Assembly (NCBI GenBank): GCA_964187785.1
Contig: OZ076409.1
Location: 60,142,001-60,206,000 of the forward strand
Length of the DNA: 64,000 nucleotides
Direction of reading: 5' to 3'
DNA from: Amphiscolops sp. MND2022
Taxonomy: Eukaryota
The notes under the pieces were generated by a model. The model made no database searches. It was not told where the DNA came from and saw nothing but the letters and a program-made list of their open reading frames with translations. A program made the translations under genes and the position numbers. Of this stretch, positions 1 through 11,849 are shown piece by piece; position 1 is the first letter of the stretch; every line of letters starts with the position of its first letter.

Positions 1-412
1 AGAAATAACGTCTAAATTCAATGTATTAAGATTTTGAATAGGCATGACTGGCGGTAGACGTTATTCCCGTTGAGCATTTAGACGTTATTCCTTAGACGTT
101 ATTCCTTAGACGTTATTCCCGCTCGCCGATATGATGACAACCAAAAATGATAAAATTCAAAATGGCCGCGTTCATCAAATTCGAATTTTTCAAAGTTAGA
201 AATTTTTTCAAATGGAAGTTTTTCTTTGACGCAACTTCAAGTTTCCAAAAAATGAATTCAAAACTTTTTTTTCGCGATTTGAAGTTTTTCAATTTCCATG
301 AATAGTCCCATGCATGGCCATGCATGGTCCATGCATGGCCATTCATGGGATGTGACTTTTTACATGGACCATGCATGGGATCGCATGGGATCGCATGGGA
401 CCTCAGTACGGG
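1..412. mobile_element. End of a Tc1/mariner-pogo-like DNA transposon or MITE (runs off the window)
   Basis: Terminus CTCAGTACGGG (402-412) is the reverse complement of the TA-CCCGTACTGAG terminus at 40102-40114. Subterminal CATGCATGG/TCGCATGGGA repeats at 309-400 and TAGACGTTATTCC repeats at 55-119. Confidence 0.55.
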
Positions 413-725
413 TGGACACTTCAGGTTGAAAAAATACCATCATTTTTTGATATTATTGTCCAAAATAGCAGAAATTCACGTTTGAAACGAGCTAAAATCG
501 TATAAAAAGGCCCCTATTTCAGCGCAAATGTTGTCCGCTATAAAATCTAATGAGCAACTTTTGACTGACAGTCATTGTGATGGACAGGATTATGTCGACA
601 TCAATTAGTTTATTGGACCAAAGTTTCAACGCAAACGATGTCGACATAATGGTATTTGAACCTTCTGTCATATTTTCCCCCGCCGCAGTTCTTTTTGGGG
701 GGGGGGGGATTTATGACAGGGTCCC
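413..725 (-). mobile_element. Truncated inverted copy of the 1489-1945 MITE
   Basis: 413-~670 is the diverged reverse complement of ~1537-1792. It ends in the TIR-like GATTTATGACAGGGTCCC and is cut at 413 by the preceding element. Confidence 0.7.
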
Positions 726-885
726 GTTATCGTAATTTTGAATGCTCGAATTTGATTGGCCAAAATCAATTCATTCCATTACGTCATACAATGCTCCCCG
801 GGATTCTTATGTTTAGAGCATTCATAATTGGTAAAACATCAGGTATACTGACAGCAAATTTTATTGCGAAGTTTTTACCATTTTT

Positions 886-1458
886 AGTCGGCGCTTTATC
901 CTTTTAAGGAGAAATGCCCGACTATAGCAGTGACCTTTTTTTCTTTAGACTACAATCCTCACACTGATCGGTCCACTTTTCTTACAATTCTCACAATCTT
1001 AAGATCTTACAATTCTTACTTTAAAAGCTTGCGAAGTAGTATTTTTACATCATCTAAGAAACTCAAAGGGACCAAAGGGTACTCCCTTAGAGTATTTTCG
1101 GCTCTGTGAGACATTTTTCGAAAAACAAATTTTCCCCAAAGGGTCCCCCCTTCAATTTTTTTGGAGTTTTCCGACAGAACGGATGTTGAAAAATCCCAAA
1201 GGGTCCCCCCTTTCAGTTTTATCGGCATTGTGAGACTTTTTTCAAAAATTTTTTTTCACCAAAAGTGCCCCTCCAATTTTTTTTGAAGATTTGCGACAGA
1301 ATGGATGAAAAATTTCAAAGTGTCCCCTCTGGTGCGCCAATTCGGTTCTACTTTTGGGTTTTTTGGTACCGTAGAAGAGAATACTTTAACACTTTGAAGT
1401 CCTTTTGCTGTTTTTGAGCCTTAGATATGGCACCGACTTGGGCCGTTCCCGGCTTGTT
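886..1458 (-). mobile_element. Helentron-like non-autonomous element (HINE/DINE-1-type), family A
   Basis: Minus strand starts AACAAGCCGGGAACGGCCCAAGTCGGTGC and ends in the hairpin AGTCGGGCATTTCTCCTTAAAAGGATAAAGCGCCGACT plus an A-run. Same ends as 8639-9183. Internal AAAGGGTCCCCCC subrepeats. Confidence 0.7.
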
Positions 1459-1488
1459 TAACATTTTGCGAAAATTCTAAACACCTTT

Positions 1489-1945
1489 AGGACCATGTCA
1501 TCTATTTCCTCACCCCCCCTCCCGGGGAGGAGATAAGACAGAAGGTTCAAATACCATTATGTGACATCGTTTGCGTTGGAATTTTGGTCCAATAAAACAA
1601 TTGATGTCGACATAATCCTATCCATTACATTGACTGTGAGTTAAAAGTGGCTGATTAGATTTTATAGCGGACAAAATTGCCGCTGAAATAGGAGCCTTTT
1701 AGTACAATTTTAGGTTTTTTCAAACGTGAATTTCTGCTATTTTAGACAATAATATCAAAAAATTATGGTAATTTTTTTACCTGAAGTGTCCAAACAGTTG
1801 AAGAGACCATCCTCTAAGTATATAAAATCATATAATATTCTCTTATTAGTGAAATTTTTTTACTCATGGACAAAATGTGCTTTCGTGTTGGGGAGGGGGG
1901 AATTCCCAACAAGGTGTACCTGGGGGGGATAGATGACATGGTCCC
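1489..1945. mobile_element. MITE with ~17-bp TIRs
   Basis: GGACCATGTCATCTAT at 1490 and ATAGATGACATGGTCCC ending at 1945. Second partial copy at 413-725. No clear TSD. Confidence 0.65.
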
Positions 1946-3221
1946 ATTTTTAAAACTCCTCTGGCCGAGATGTCAAATATTATATGCAGAAATTTGCGCA
2001 AGTTTGGCATGTCAGGAATCATTTCCACACATTTTGCAGGTTTCTTAATATTCAGAGAAAAACCTTTCTAAAATTTTGCAGGATAAGCATTTCTTACAGG
2101 ACCAAGCATTTCCTGCGAGGTTCATTCAACGTTAGACAATTCGTACAAGACTATCTGCCTAAAAGACAACTTTCGTCTGACGTTTTCAAGCAAAATTTAT
2201 CTTTTAGTGAGATCTCGTCCGAGATACTCTATGAAAATCTCCAAGTTTCTTGAAAGTAAACATTAAAGGCTTTAAAGGGGCATTTTTTGGGATTTAGCTG
2301 TATGAACCTGGAACTACAAACTCGTGAGGAAGTTTTCGATCAAAATGCTTATTGACATCGTATAATTGAAGCTTTTCAAAGACAAAAATTTCACTCCACA
2401 TAATTACATTTTCAACGAAATAGGATTGATAGCGAGCAAGAACAATCCTTTTCTTCAACCAAATCAATAAAACAGCAGAATCTGCAGTAGCCTTTAGAAT
2501 AGAAAACGAAAAAACCTTAAATTAAGTCATTGAACAAATCAACAGAAATCAAATCCTCGATCATCAGATATGCAATTGCAGAATCTCGCAGTTACAATTG
2601 AATCAAAATAAAACTAAACAGATATCCTTCTTCGCAGTTGCTCTAAAGAAATTGTTGAGGATTTTTTGCAGATAAGGCGTTTTTTTTCATTTTAGGCACC
2701 TTTTATTCCAATGCTTTTATCCAGGAAAAAACGGACACATGTTATGAGCAACAAATTTATCTTTTTTAATAATTTCCATATCTACAAAATCTGAGATAAT
2801 CATTTTACGCGAGTCAATCACTGACTCCTCTATAAAATCCAGGAGCAAAAGTACATGATGAAACATGTAATCTCCACTGAAAAAAGTGTACTTGAGCTGA
2901 GAATGAATTGAGGTGATACAAAAAAGGCAAATTTGGATAACAAAGATGATTTTCATTAGGGAATTTTAACAACTCCGTATATTGAATTCATGGAAAAACG
3001 ATGTGCGGCTTTCATTCGCTCGATCAAAATATAAATTTTTTTGTTGAGCAGTTCCGTAGACATGTCTTTGCGAGCTTTCATGTGGGGAATTCAGACAGGA
3101 ATGATTGCAAGAATAAAAAGCAAGAGATGCGAATTTTCGAAGACTGTTACAAGAGGCCTCCGAAGAAAAACGACACCTTCAAAACTCAATCGTTTGAAAA
3201 CTAAAAGGCAAATGTATAGTC

Positions 3222-3576
3222 TACCCTAGTTGAAGCTGCTGGTAAGTTTCACATGTTCCTTAAGGTTGCCAAACACTTTTAGCATGATTTTTGGAGTTTC
3301 ATAGAGAATGATTTAAGAAACATTTTTCTCTGATGCAATGCTATTTGTTCAGGTATTTATTGGGATTTCTATACAATTTGAAGTTAGGTTTTAAAAATTT
3401 CAAAGATTGCAAGGACTTTTTTCAAAGCGCAGTGACATGCTGACAGGATTTGTTCCAAGATGCATGGAAATTTTTAAAAGTTTTTTTCCCTGCGCGCAGT
3501 CTGAATTTTCTAGGTTTTTCAAAAAATTACCCTGCATGCAGGCCTGCAAAAAGTTCCAGCAGTCTCGACTAGGGTA
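3222..3576. mobile_element. TA-flanked MITE (Tc1/mariner-type)
   Basis: Left TA-CCCTAGTTGAAGCTGCTGG and right CCAGCAGTCTCGACTAGGG-TA form imperfect ~20-bp TIRs with TA on both sides. Confidence 0.7.
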
Positions 3577-4192
3577 CACTACAAAAACCTCTACTGATCT
3601 GAAAACTACCTGTGGCATATATGTATATCCATTCTCAAAACGGCTATTCTAAAATATGTTTTCCACTCCTCATGACTTTGGGAAAAAGTCATTAATTTCG
3701 ATAACCAGCATTTTGTTGCTACATACTTAATTCCAGTAAACAGTTTTAGTAAAGTTCAGTTCAGAAACAAACTAAGTTTGAAAACAAATAAATTGGAACC
3801 GCGGGTTATTCCTGTTGAAACAGAGAAAATAGGAAGGCGTCAACAATTCGGATAAAGAATGGATTTGTAACTTTCTAGCTTTCATCAGCGTTCCTAGGAG
3901 CTAGTGGAAAAAAGTGGGAGAAAAAACTTTTTTAAAAACCGCGAATTTTGTTTCTCAAGAAAACGAAAAATGAATAATCTTACTGGCTGCAAATTGAAGA
4001 AAACCTCTAAGTTGTCTTTTGTTTTTATTCGGCCATTTCGAAGAAAAAGCACGAATCGTACAGTGGCTAGTTTTTTTCGTCAGTTCTACACGATTGGTCC
4101 CCTTTTTTGTTCATTTGTTCAACTTATTAGCCGAGCTGATAACCCGGATTTTAGTTCGGATATAACGTTTCCAAAGTTCGGATACAACATAC

Positions 4193-4655
4193 TGTCGTAA
4201 ACTCCAACTGAGATTGACTCACAATTATGAGTAATTAAAAGCTGACTCAATGTTTCTCTGAAGCCAAATCAAAGACGCCAGATTAAGTTTTCTCTTGAAT
4301 GAAACTTTTCACTCTCCATAATTACAATTGAAGTCTACTCTTTTATCTTCAACAATGCAACGTCTCCCGAAAGGAATCTAGAACAAATTTCAAGTTTTCT
4401 AAAGTGAGATCCACCTAATTTTTCTTCTTTGGCAACAAGTGCCTTTGGATAGAAGGTTCATCGAATTGATTAGGATTACAAACACCCTTTTTCTTCAACG
4501 ACAACCTTTATCCACTTTATCGTTATGTTGACATCATTAACATCATTTGAAAACCTATATTTTCCCATCGAACATAATTCCCTCTTTATCAAAACTCAAT
4601 ACAAGGCAATCTTTCAATTAAAATAAATATTTTCTCGACGAGTGAGATTATAAAA
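4193..4655 (+). repeat. 5' LTR of BEL/Pao element
   Basis: Direct repeat of 10622-11080 (shared ATTGACTCACAATTATGAGTA, CCAAATCAAAGACGCCAGATT, CGACGAGTGAGATTAT). Confidence 0.85.
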
Positions 4656-6049
4656 TGGCGTCCAGGCCATGATCTCCAACAGCTCCAAAGCAAATGGAAG
4701 CCATACAGCCAACTGAAAACATCATTGAAGAACCGCAATTACTACGATTAAAACTATCTAGAAGATCTCACAAGGTCAATATGCGACGGTTATTAAACCA
4801 ATTTTTAGAATTACTACAAAACGAAGATACCACACTGGAAGCCCTGGAAAAACTTGAACAGAAAGACTCAATCTAAGAGGGAAGACCTGTCAAAGGAAAG
4901 CGATGAAATTGAAGCACTCACCTTATTGGAAAAATTGGAAGAAGAAATCGAAGAAACTATTACCTTCACAGAGGAAATCGACAATTGTGTTTTTGAAGTA
5001 GACAATATGGTAAACAGCCAAAGATGAATCAACCCAGCTAAGAAGTAACCCTGATGGAAACGGCACCCTCTTGCTAACAAATAAAAGACTCCCGAAGCTA
5101 GAGATGCCAACTAGATGATTTGCGTTTCCCATCTTTCTGAGAATTGTTCGATGCCAACATTAATTCACTCACCACACTGACATCAGTTCAGAAATTTAGC
5201 TACCTGAAGACAACTTTGGAGGGAGAACTATCAACACCAATCACCAACTTGAAAATGACAGCAGCAAACTACAACTCAGCATTGGAGATTAATAAGGACA
5301 GATACGGCGACAAACATCGCAGCACTGAAGCACACTACAGAGAACTATTTACTTGGACCCAGAGACAGAAGGATACACTCACTCGAAGCAGTTTTTGACT
5401 AGGAACTACACATACGTGGACTCGAAAGCTGAAACAAGGAGAAAGGAGAGTTCGGAGACCTGCGAACTCTACTTTTGATGGACAAGCTATCCGGAGATCT
5501 GAGAAGATGTTTAGCCAGAGATCACAGCAAGACAACATGGAAACTCGATGACTTGTTCACAGTCCTTAAGAGAGAACTACAAGTTTTGGAACAAGACAAA
5601 ACGAAAGAAGTAAACAAATGCAATCCCATTCGACAGCAGCCTTTTACAACGACCAAACACAAAGTTCGAAAAAAAAAACAACACAGAACAGGATACGGAA
5701 AGAAGGACTACACAGGACAAAAGAAACCAGCCGCGGAGTGTTCTTTCTGTGGATCATCACATCGCGCTAGCGACTGCCTAAAATACACCAACGTTAATGA
5801 TCGCCTCGAAGTAGCTGAACGGAAAGGACTATAATTCAATTGCCTGAGAAAACACCAAGATGCATCGTCTTCTGCAACTCGGTTCGAAAAATGAACATAC
5901 CGAAAGTCCAGCGGAAAGCACCATACAGCACTTCACAAGAAACGCAACGGTGAAAAGAAGAACGAAGACACAGCAAAGGCCACAGATACAATCAAACTTC
6001 ACAAACCAATCAGACTGGGATCCTGAAGACATTTATGGGAACGGTAGCT

Positions 6050-6267
6050 AATGGAATCGAAACAGTGAAAGCAGCAATTTTACAGGACCAAGGAAGCTCG
6101 GACACCTTTTGAACTCTCAACTTAGCACAGATGCTCCAGATACCTACAACATCACAGCAATGGAATCGAAACAGTGAAAGCAGCAATTTTACAGGACCAA
6201 GGAAGCTCGGACACCTTTTGAACTGTCAACTTAGCACAGATGCTCCAGATACCTACAACATCACAGC
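6050..6267 (+). repeat. 109-bp tandem duplication in the BEL protease region
   Basis: AATGGAATCGAAACAGTG...CATCACAGC at 6050-6158 and 6159-6267, nearly identical. Confidence 0.9.
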
Positions 6268-8638
6268 AACGACGTAGCATTTCACACTTTGGATCCGACG
6301 ATAAAACGGACAGATGTTACATAATAAGCCCCATCACGTTAAAGATAAATGAAGGAGATGTTCACATGAAAGCAATTGTTGTACCCAAGATTTGTACACC
6401 GAAAGTTGCCAGCGCTATCGATACAGAAAAGAAGAGCAACTGAAGGACAAGACTAATGTAGAACCGGTCAACGAAGGAAGCTTAATCGACCTCCTCATTG
6501 CATCAGACATTTACTACTCAGTGGTAAAAGATGGAATCATCCCACTAAGCAATGGAACAGTCGCAGTAGAAACCAAAGTTGGATATCGTCTGTGGTGGCT
6601 CCACAGATTGACAGTTACTTCCCAACAACACAAACAGCTCTCATTGTTACTGACAAAGAACACATCGAAGAACCACAGCAGCTCTTCGAACGGATTCAAG
6701 ATGAGCTCCACGTTTGCCCAACACACGGTAATGAAATAGACGACTTCTACATGAATAGTCAAGAACCCGAAGATTGGAGAATATACAGCATCGCTACAAT
6801 GGACTCCCAAATGTGAAAAAGCAAAGATTCCGACAAATAGACACATAGCAAATCACAGAGCAATAAACATGATCGAGAAAATGTCAACCGACAAACAACT
6901 CTTCCAGAAGAAGCTGAACGACGTTTTTGGAGATTACCAACGACGTGGCTTCATCAGCCTGACGATCAACTACAACTACAACGACGGCAAGTGCAGCTAT
7001 CTTCCCTGGCATGCAATCTACAATGATAACTTCATTCACACCAAAATTAGTTTTGCCTCTGCGCCTGTTGCAGAGACAAACGACTGGGAATGCCACTCAA
7101 CGACTATCTCTGGAAAGGACCCAATTTGACAAACAGTCTGGTTGCATTAGTCCTCAGATTTCAACTACATCGGAGTGTCTTGACAGCAGCTTGAAAAATT
7201 TTTTTCTCCAAATGAAAATCAAAGAAGACCGAAGATACTTGAGATTCTACTACCTACGCAACTCAGAACACGAAGATCAAGGAACTGGATAACTAGATGT
7301 CTACCATTTCAACGTTAGCATTTTTGGATCTCGAGCATTTCCTTTCATCCTCGCAGCCGTTTTCAGCACCATCTACAGAAATACAACCTTGAGCACACAG
7401 CACTGAACATTGGAAGGAACATACTAAAGGACAATCTCGTCACTGGTACCGACACAGAAGAAGAAGCAAAAACGTATTTCGGAAGGACCAGGAAGATGTT
7501 TCCAGAAGCATCAATGAACATTCGCCAGTGGAATTCAAACCACACAAACATACGGAATCACGTGGAACAGCACTGAATTGCCGAAAAACGAGATCCTGGG
7601 ACTAGAGTGGACCACAATGGAAGATCAGTTATCACTGGATCTTTTTCAGCAACACTCGGAAGCGGTCTGGACAAAAAGAAAAAAAGTTCAGCTAGTTCGC
7701 GACATTTTTCGACACGTTTGAATGGACATCCCCAGCAACACTCAAAGCCAAACTCTTTATGAGAGACCTTTGGAAAGAAACTTGGACAGGGGACAAAGAC
7801 ATACCGAAACATAAGAAAAAAGAAAGGACTGCAATTGCCGCCGATTTAGCCAATGCAATAACATTCGTAAGACCAAGACACATATCAATTACAGAGAAAC
7901 ATCCCCTTGACATTTTGTAGATAGCTCGTTCGCAGCATACGCAGCAGTTGCCTACGTTAATAAGGAGCTTTACATGGCAAAGACCCGACTTGCCCCAGTA
8001 TCTCCAAAGACTATACCCGAACTCGAGTTGATGAGTTGATGGCAATGGCAACTCATCAAGACATCTCGGAACCATTGGAAAACGCAGTTTTCATCCCTAG
8101 AAAGCAAGAAGAACGAACAGAGGGTAAATCCGAAGATACCCTCGAGACAAGAACTCAACAGATAGGACACTATACAGCAAGAGAGGGTAGCCCAGAAGAT
8201 ACCCTCAACACAGACCACACTCAACGCAGTAAAAGACTCACGCCAAAACAGAGTAAACTTGAAGACGCCCTGTATCAGAATAGCTTAAACCCACCTGAAG
8301 TAACAGAGAAGATAGACCACTCAGGAACTTTATGCAATTTTTCAACACCCATTTTTGCTTTGTCAGGCCAGACACCCAAAACAGTAATCGACATGACACG
8401 CCACTCTAAGTTGAGAAAATTGATTCGGACTTGCGCTTGGATCAACCGTTTCGTGACAAGCTTAGAACAAACACCTCACAGCAAGAATAGTAACTCCATA
8501 GTCAAAACAGAACCCCAACAACTCACTCAAAGGGAAGAACGGACGGCATTTTTCAACATCATTCGTCAATCACAAGATACATCACACGCCAAAACTAAGC
8601 AACTTGGAAACTACACACCGAAGCTACACCTTGGAAAG

Positions 8639-9183
8639 AACAAGCAGGGAACGGCCCAAGTCGGCGCCAAATCTAAGGCTCAATATTAGCAAAAGGACTT
8701 CAATGTGTCAAGTATTCTCCTCTACAGTACCTGCGTGAAGAAAAAATTGGAAAAAAATCCATTTTTTAAAAAACTTTTTTTTGAATTCTTTTTGGTCTCC
8801 GGTAAGTCGCATTGTGCCAAAAATTGTAAAAAAGGGGGGCCTTTGGAAGTTTTTGAACATCCATGTTTTTGCAAAATAGGAAAATTGAAGGGGGACCCTT
8901 TGGAGACATTAAAAAAAATGCGGGAAAAAAGTATCACAAAGCCGAAAAAAAACTACACAAAAAATTTTTGGTCAAGGTTGGACCCGAACCCACGTCCTTC
9001 TGCTTGGCAGACCTCAAAAAAGCCGTAACCTCTTTGCCAAGTGCCAGTAGAAGTTACAAGTGTGGCACTTAGTGGATCATGAAAATTTTAAAAAGTGGAC
9101 CCTTTAGTGTGAGATTGTCAGCTGAAAATAAAACTACTCGCTGTAATAGTCGGGCTTTTTTCCCCAAGGGAAAACGCGCCGAC
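8639..9183 (+). mobile_element. Helentron-like non-autonomous element family A inserted in BEL pol
   Basis: Starts AACAAGCAGGGAACGGCCCAAGTCGGCGC; sub-TIR GTCGGCGC (8660-8667) / GCGCCGAC (9176-9183); 3' hairpin 9149-9183. Sits in an A-run with no TSD, and BEL coding resumes afterwards (LGLFIDQHDIIRCRG). Confidence 0.75.
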
Positions 9184-10621
9184 AAAAATCAACGGAAGTC
9201 TCGGACTTTTTATCGATCAACATGACATCATCCGATGCCGAGGAAGTTTGGAAAAATGCAAGGATCTCTCACTTGAAGAAAAGGAGCCCTTTTTACTTAC
9301 CCATGATTTTTTGGGAAAGCTGATCGTGGAAGACTTCCACAAAGGCACTCTACACTCCGGAAAAAGAGCAACTTCAATACACTTAAGAACACAGTTTTGG
9401 ATGATCTGAGGAAGAAGCTTCACCCAGAAGATTCTCAGGAACTGTAACACCTCCTGTCGCATAGACTGCAAACGTTACAGATACCCGGACCAGTCAGCGC
9501 TGCGAAGCTATCGCATCAACTCAGCGCACCACTCATCAGTGCTGTGGTAAATGACTATGCAGGCCACCTTTGTCATACCAAACACCGCATAACAATCCAA
9601 AGCCTACATCGACGTTTTCGCCTGCTGCATCACGCGTACAGTACACCTGGAACTTGTGACAGATCTAACAGCCGAACAATTTCTTCTCGTGTTCCGCCGT
9701 AATAATGCAGCTTACTTCATTGCAGTATATTCAGGAATAGAGAGAAGTTTGGAAGACGACGCCATACAACAACACTTCAGCAAGCACCAAATCAAATGGA
9801 TACATAATGCCGGAAGATCACCAGTAAGGGAAGCATTGTACGCAAGACTTGTCGGTATTGTCAAAACCATGCTGAAGAAAATTCTCGGAAGGCTCTACTG
9901 ACTCAAACAGAGCTCCACACGATCCTGAAAGAAACCGAAGCCACAGTCAACAACAGACCCTTAACATTCGTGGAAAGGGACACAACACCTACATCACCAT
10001 CAGCATTGACACCGTCTCATTTCATCAATGGACGAATCACATCAACATTGCCCCACCTTGAAGAACCCAAAGACAACATTGTCGAGAAAGACAAATGCAA
10101 GCCAATCAAAAACTATGCTATTTGACACAACTACATGAAGTATTTGGAACAGATATAAAACAGAGCATTTGAGATTTCTAAGAGAATGCCAAAAAGCTAG
10201 TAAAGTGAAGACATTTCAAGTAACAGTCACGGAAAAGAGATATAAACTGGTTTAATTGACACACATCGCTGGACATGGAAAATGGGAAGAATCGAAGATC
10301 TCTACAAAGAAACCACGGAAAAGAAAGATCGGATCGAGTAAAAACACAAGGACGTGACATCACCCGAGCACTTTATACAATATACCCTCTCGAATGAACA
10401 ACAATAGAAGAATCGAAGCCTGATGAAACACCTTGATGATGCAGAAGACCTTCGAGAGAAAAATACCTCAGTAGTAAAAATGTCAGGAGACAAGAATGAT
10501 ACAAACCTGAGCAGTGATTGGAGACCGCGGCGCAAAGCTCTTACTAAAACTATAAATTGCCTCAAGGATACTTTGGATTATGATTATCTCAACGAAAAAA
10601 AATCTCTGACTGTTGGGAGTA

Positions 10622-11080
10622 TGTAGTGAACTCCAAATTTTATTGACTCACAATTATGAGTACTCACAAACTGACTCATTTTTTCTCTAAAACCAAATCA
10701 AAGACGCCAGATTTAATTTTCTCTTGAATGAAATTTTTCACTCTCCAAAATAACAACTGAGGTTCACATTATTTTCAACAAATCAACGTCTTCAGAAGGG
10801 AATCTACAAGGAACTTCAAGTGTTCTAAAGCTAGATCCACCTATTTTTCCTTCTTTGGCAACAAGTGCCACATTGAATTTGGATAGACGGTTCGTCGAAT
10901 AGAGTACAACTACAAACCCCTTTTTTCTTCAACGACAACCTTAATCAGGTTTATCGTTTAGTTTACATCATTGGAGCCCCTATAATTTCCCAGCGAACCT
11001 AATTCATTTTTTATCAAAACTCATTACAACGCAATCTTTCAAATATTTTATTTATTTTCGCGACGAGTGAGATTATGAAA
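10622..11080 (+). repeat. 3' LTR of BEL/Pao element
   Basis: Direct repeat of 4193-4655, preceded by a short purine tract GGGAG. Confidence 0.85.
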
Positions 11081-11109
11081 CTTACACTAGAGAGAAACTT
11101 AGTGAAACT

Positions 11110-11393
11110 TAGACCGTGCGAGACTAAAGAGTCCCCCCTTCAGGTTTTCCGGCACTGTGAGACGTTTCTCGAAAAGTTTTTACAGTTTTCAAAGGGTCCA
11201 CCCTTCAAATTTTTTCGATATATTGCAACAGAATGGCTGTTGAAAAATCCGAAACGCTCCCTTTTAGCGCTCCAATTTGGTCCAACTTTTCGGTTTTTCG
11301 GGTACTGTAAAAGAACTTCTTCGACGTTTTGAAGTCCTTTAGCTATTTTTGAGCCTGAGATAATGTGCTGACTTGGGTCGTTCCTGCCTTATT
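11110..11393 (-). mobile_element. Truncated Helentron-like family A copy
   Basis: Similar to 1080-1458 (CTGTGAGAC, AAAGGGTCC, TTTTGAGCC..GACTTGGGTCGTTCC). Confidence 0.7.
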
Positions 11394-11849
11394 TTTTCAC
11401 ATCATAGTTGAGAAATTTCGTTCTGTTGGAAAACCACGAATCAGACTAGTCTGTGTTTTCTATATTGGGCCACGGTTCGTAACCTGTGCAGAAACTGGAA
11501 ATATAGGAATTGGTCTTATGTATTGACATCAGAAAATAAATCGATCTTGGTTCAGTTAGTACAAGATTGCAAAGCCAGCTCATTCGTATCTGCAATTTTG
11601 TCAAACAAATGTCAGTCAAAAATCACGATTGTATTGCTAAGCAGATAAAAATAGATGTATTCGTATTCTTGAGAAGAAGACAAACAACATAAACGTTGCA
11701 AAAAAAATCATTTCCATAAACCAAGAGCAATACTCTTTTCCAATAAACTCTAGATCCAGTAAAATTGCATAAGGGCAAAATTAAGAAACTTCGCGATAGA
11801 TACTGAAAACCACACCTATGGCTTCCCTTGATATCAACATTTTCGTTTT

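Larger units (their letters stand above)
4694..10395 (+). pseudogene. BEL/Pao gag-pol polyprotein, disrupted
   Basis: Gag DUF1759-like (FDANINSL..QKFSYLKTTLEGE..NYNSALEI..DRYG); knuckle CSFCGSSHRASDC; protease ILQDQGSSDTF; RT YLPWHAIY; RNase H DSSFAAYAAVAY..AKTRLAP..IPELELM; integrase HLELVTDLTAEQFLL..YARLVGIVK..VNNRPL. Many stops and frameshifts. Confidence 0.85.
4193..11080 (+). mobile_element. Full-length, degenerate BEL/Pao LTR retrotransposon
   Basis: ~460-bp LTRs at 4193-4655 and 10622-11080 (both start TGT, clearly diverged). Flanks CATAC/CTTAC (4/5 TSD). PBS-like TGGCGTCC at 4656. BEL-type gag-pol fragments in between. Confidence 0.9.

Noticed and set aside
413..1792. One large foldback element
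   Set aside because: Better explained as two oppositely oriented copies of a MITE whose own TIRs lie at 1490 and 1945.
8036..8689. Independent 217-aa gene
   Set aside because: A piece of BEL pol that runs into the inserted Helentron-like element.
8970..9048. Functional tRNA-Gly gene
   Set aside because: Only A/B-box and loop remnants are present; no complete cloverleaf can be formed, an internal T-run interrupts it, and it lies inside a repeat.
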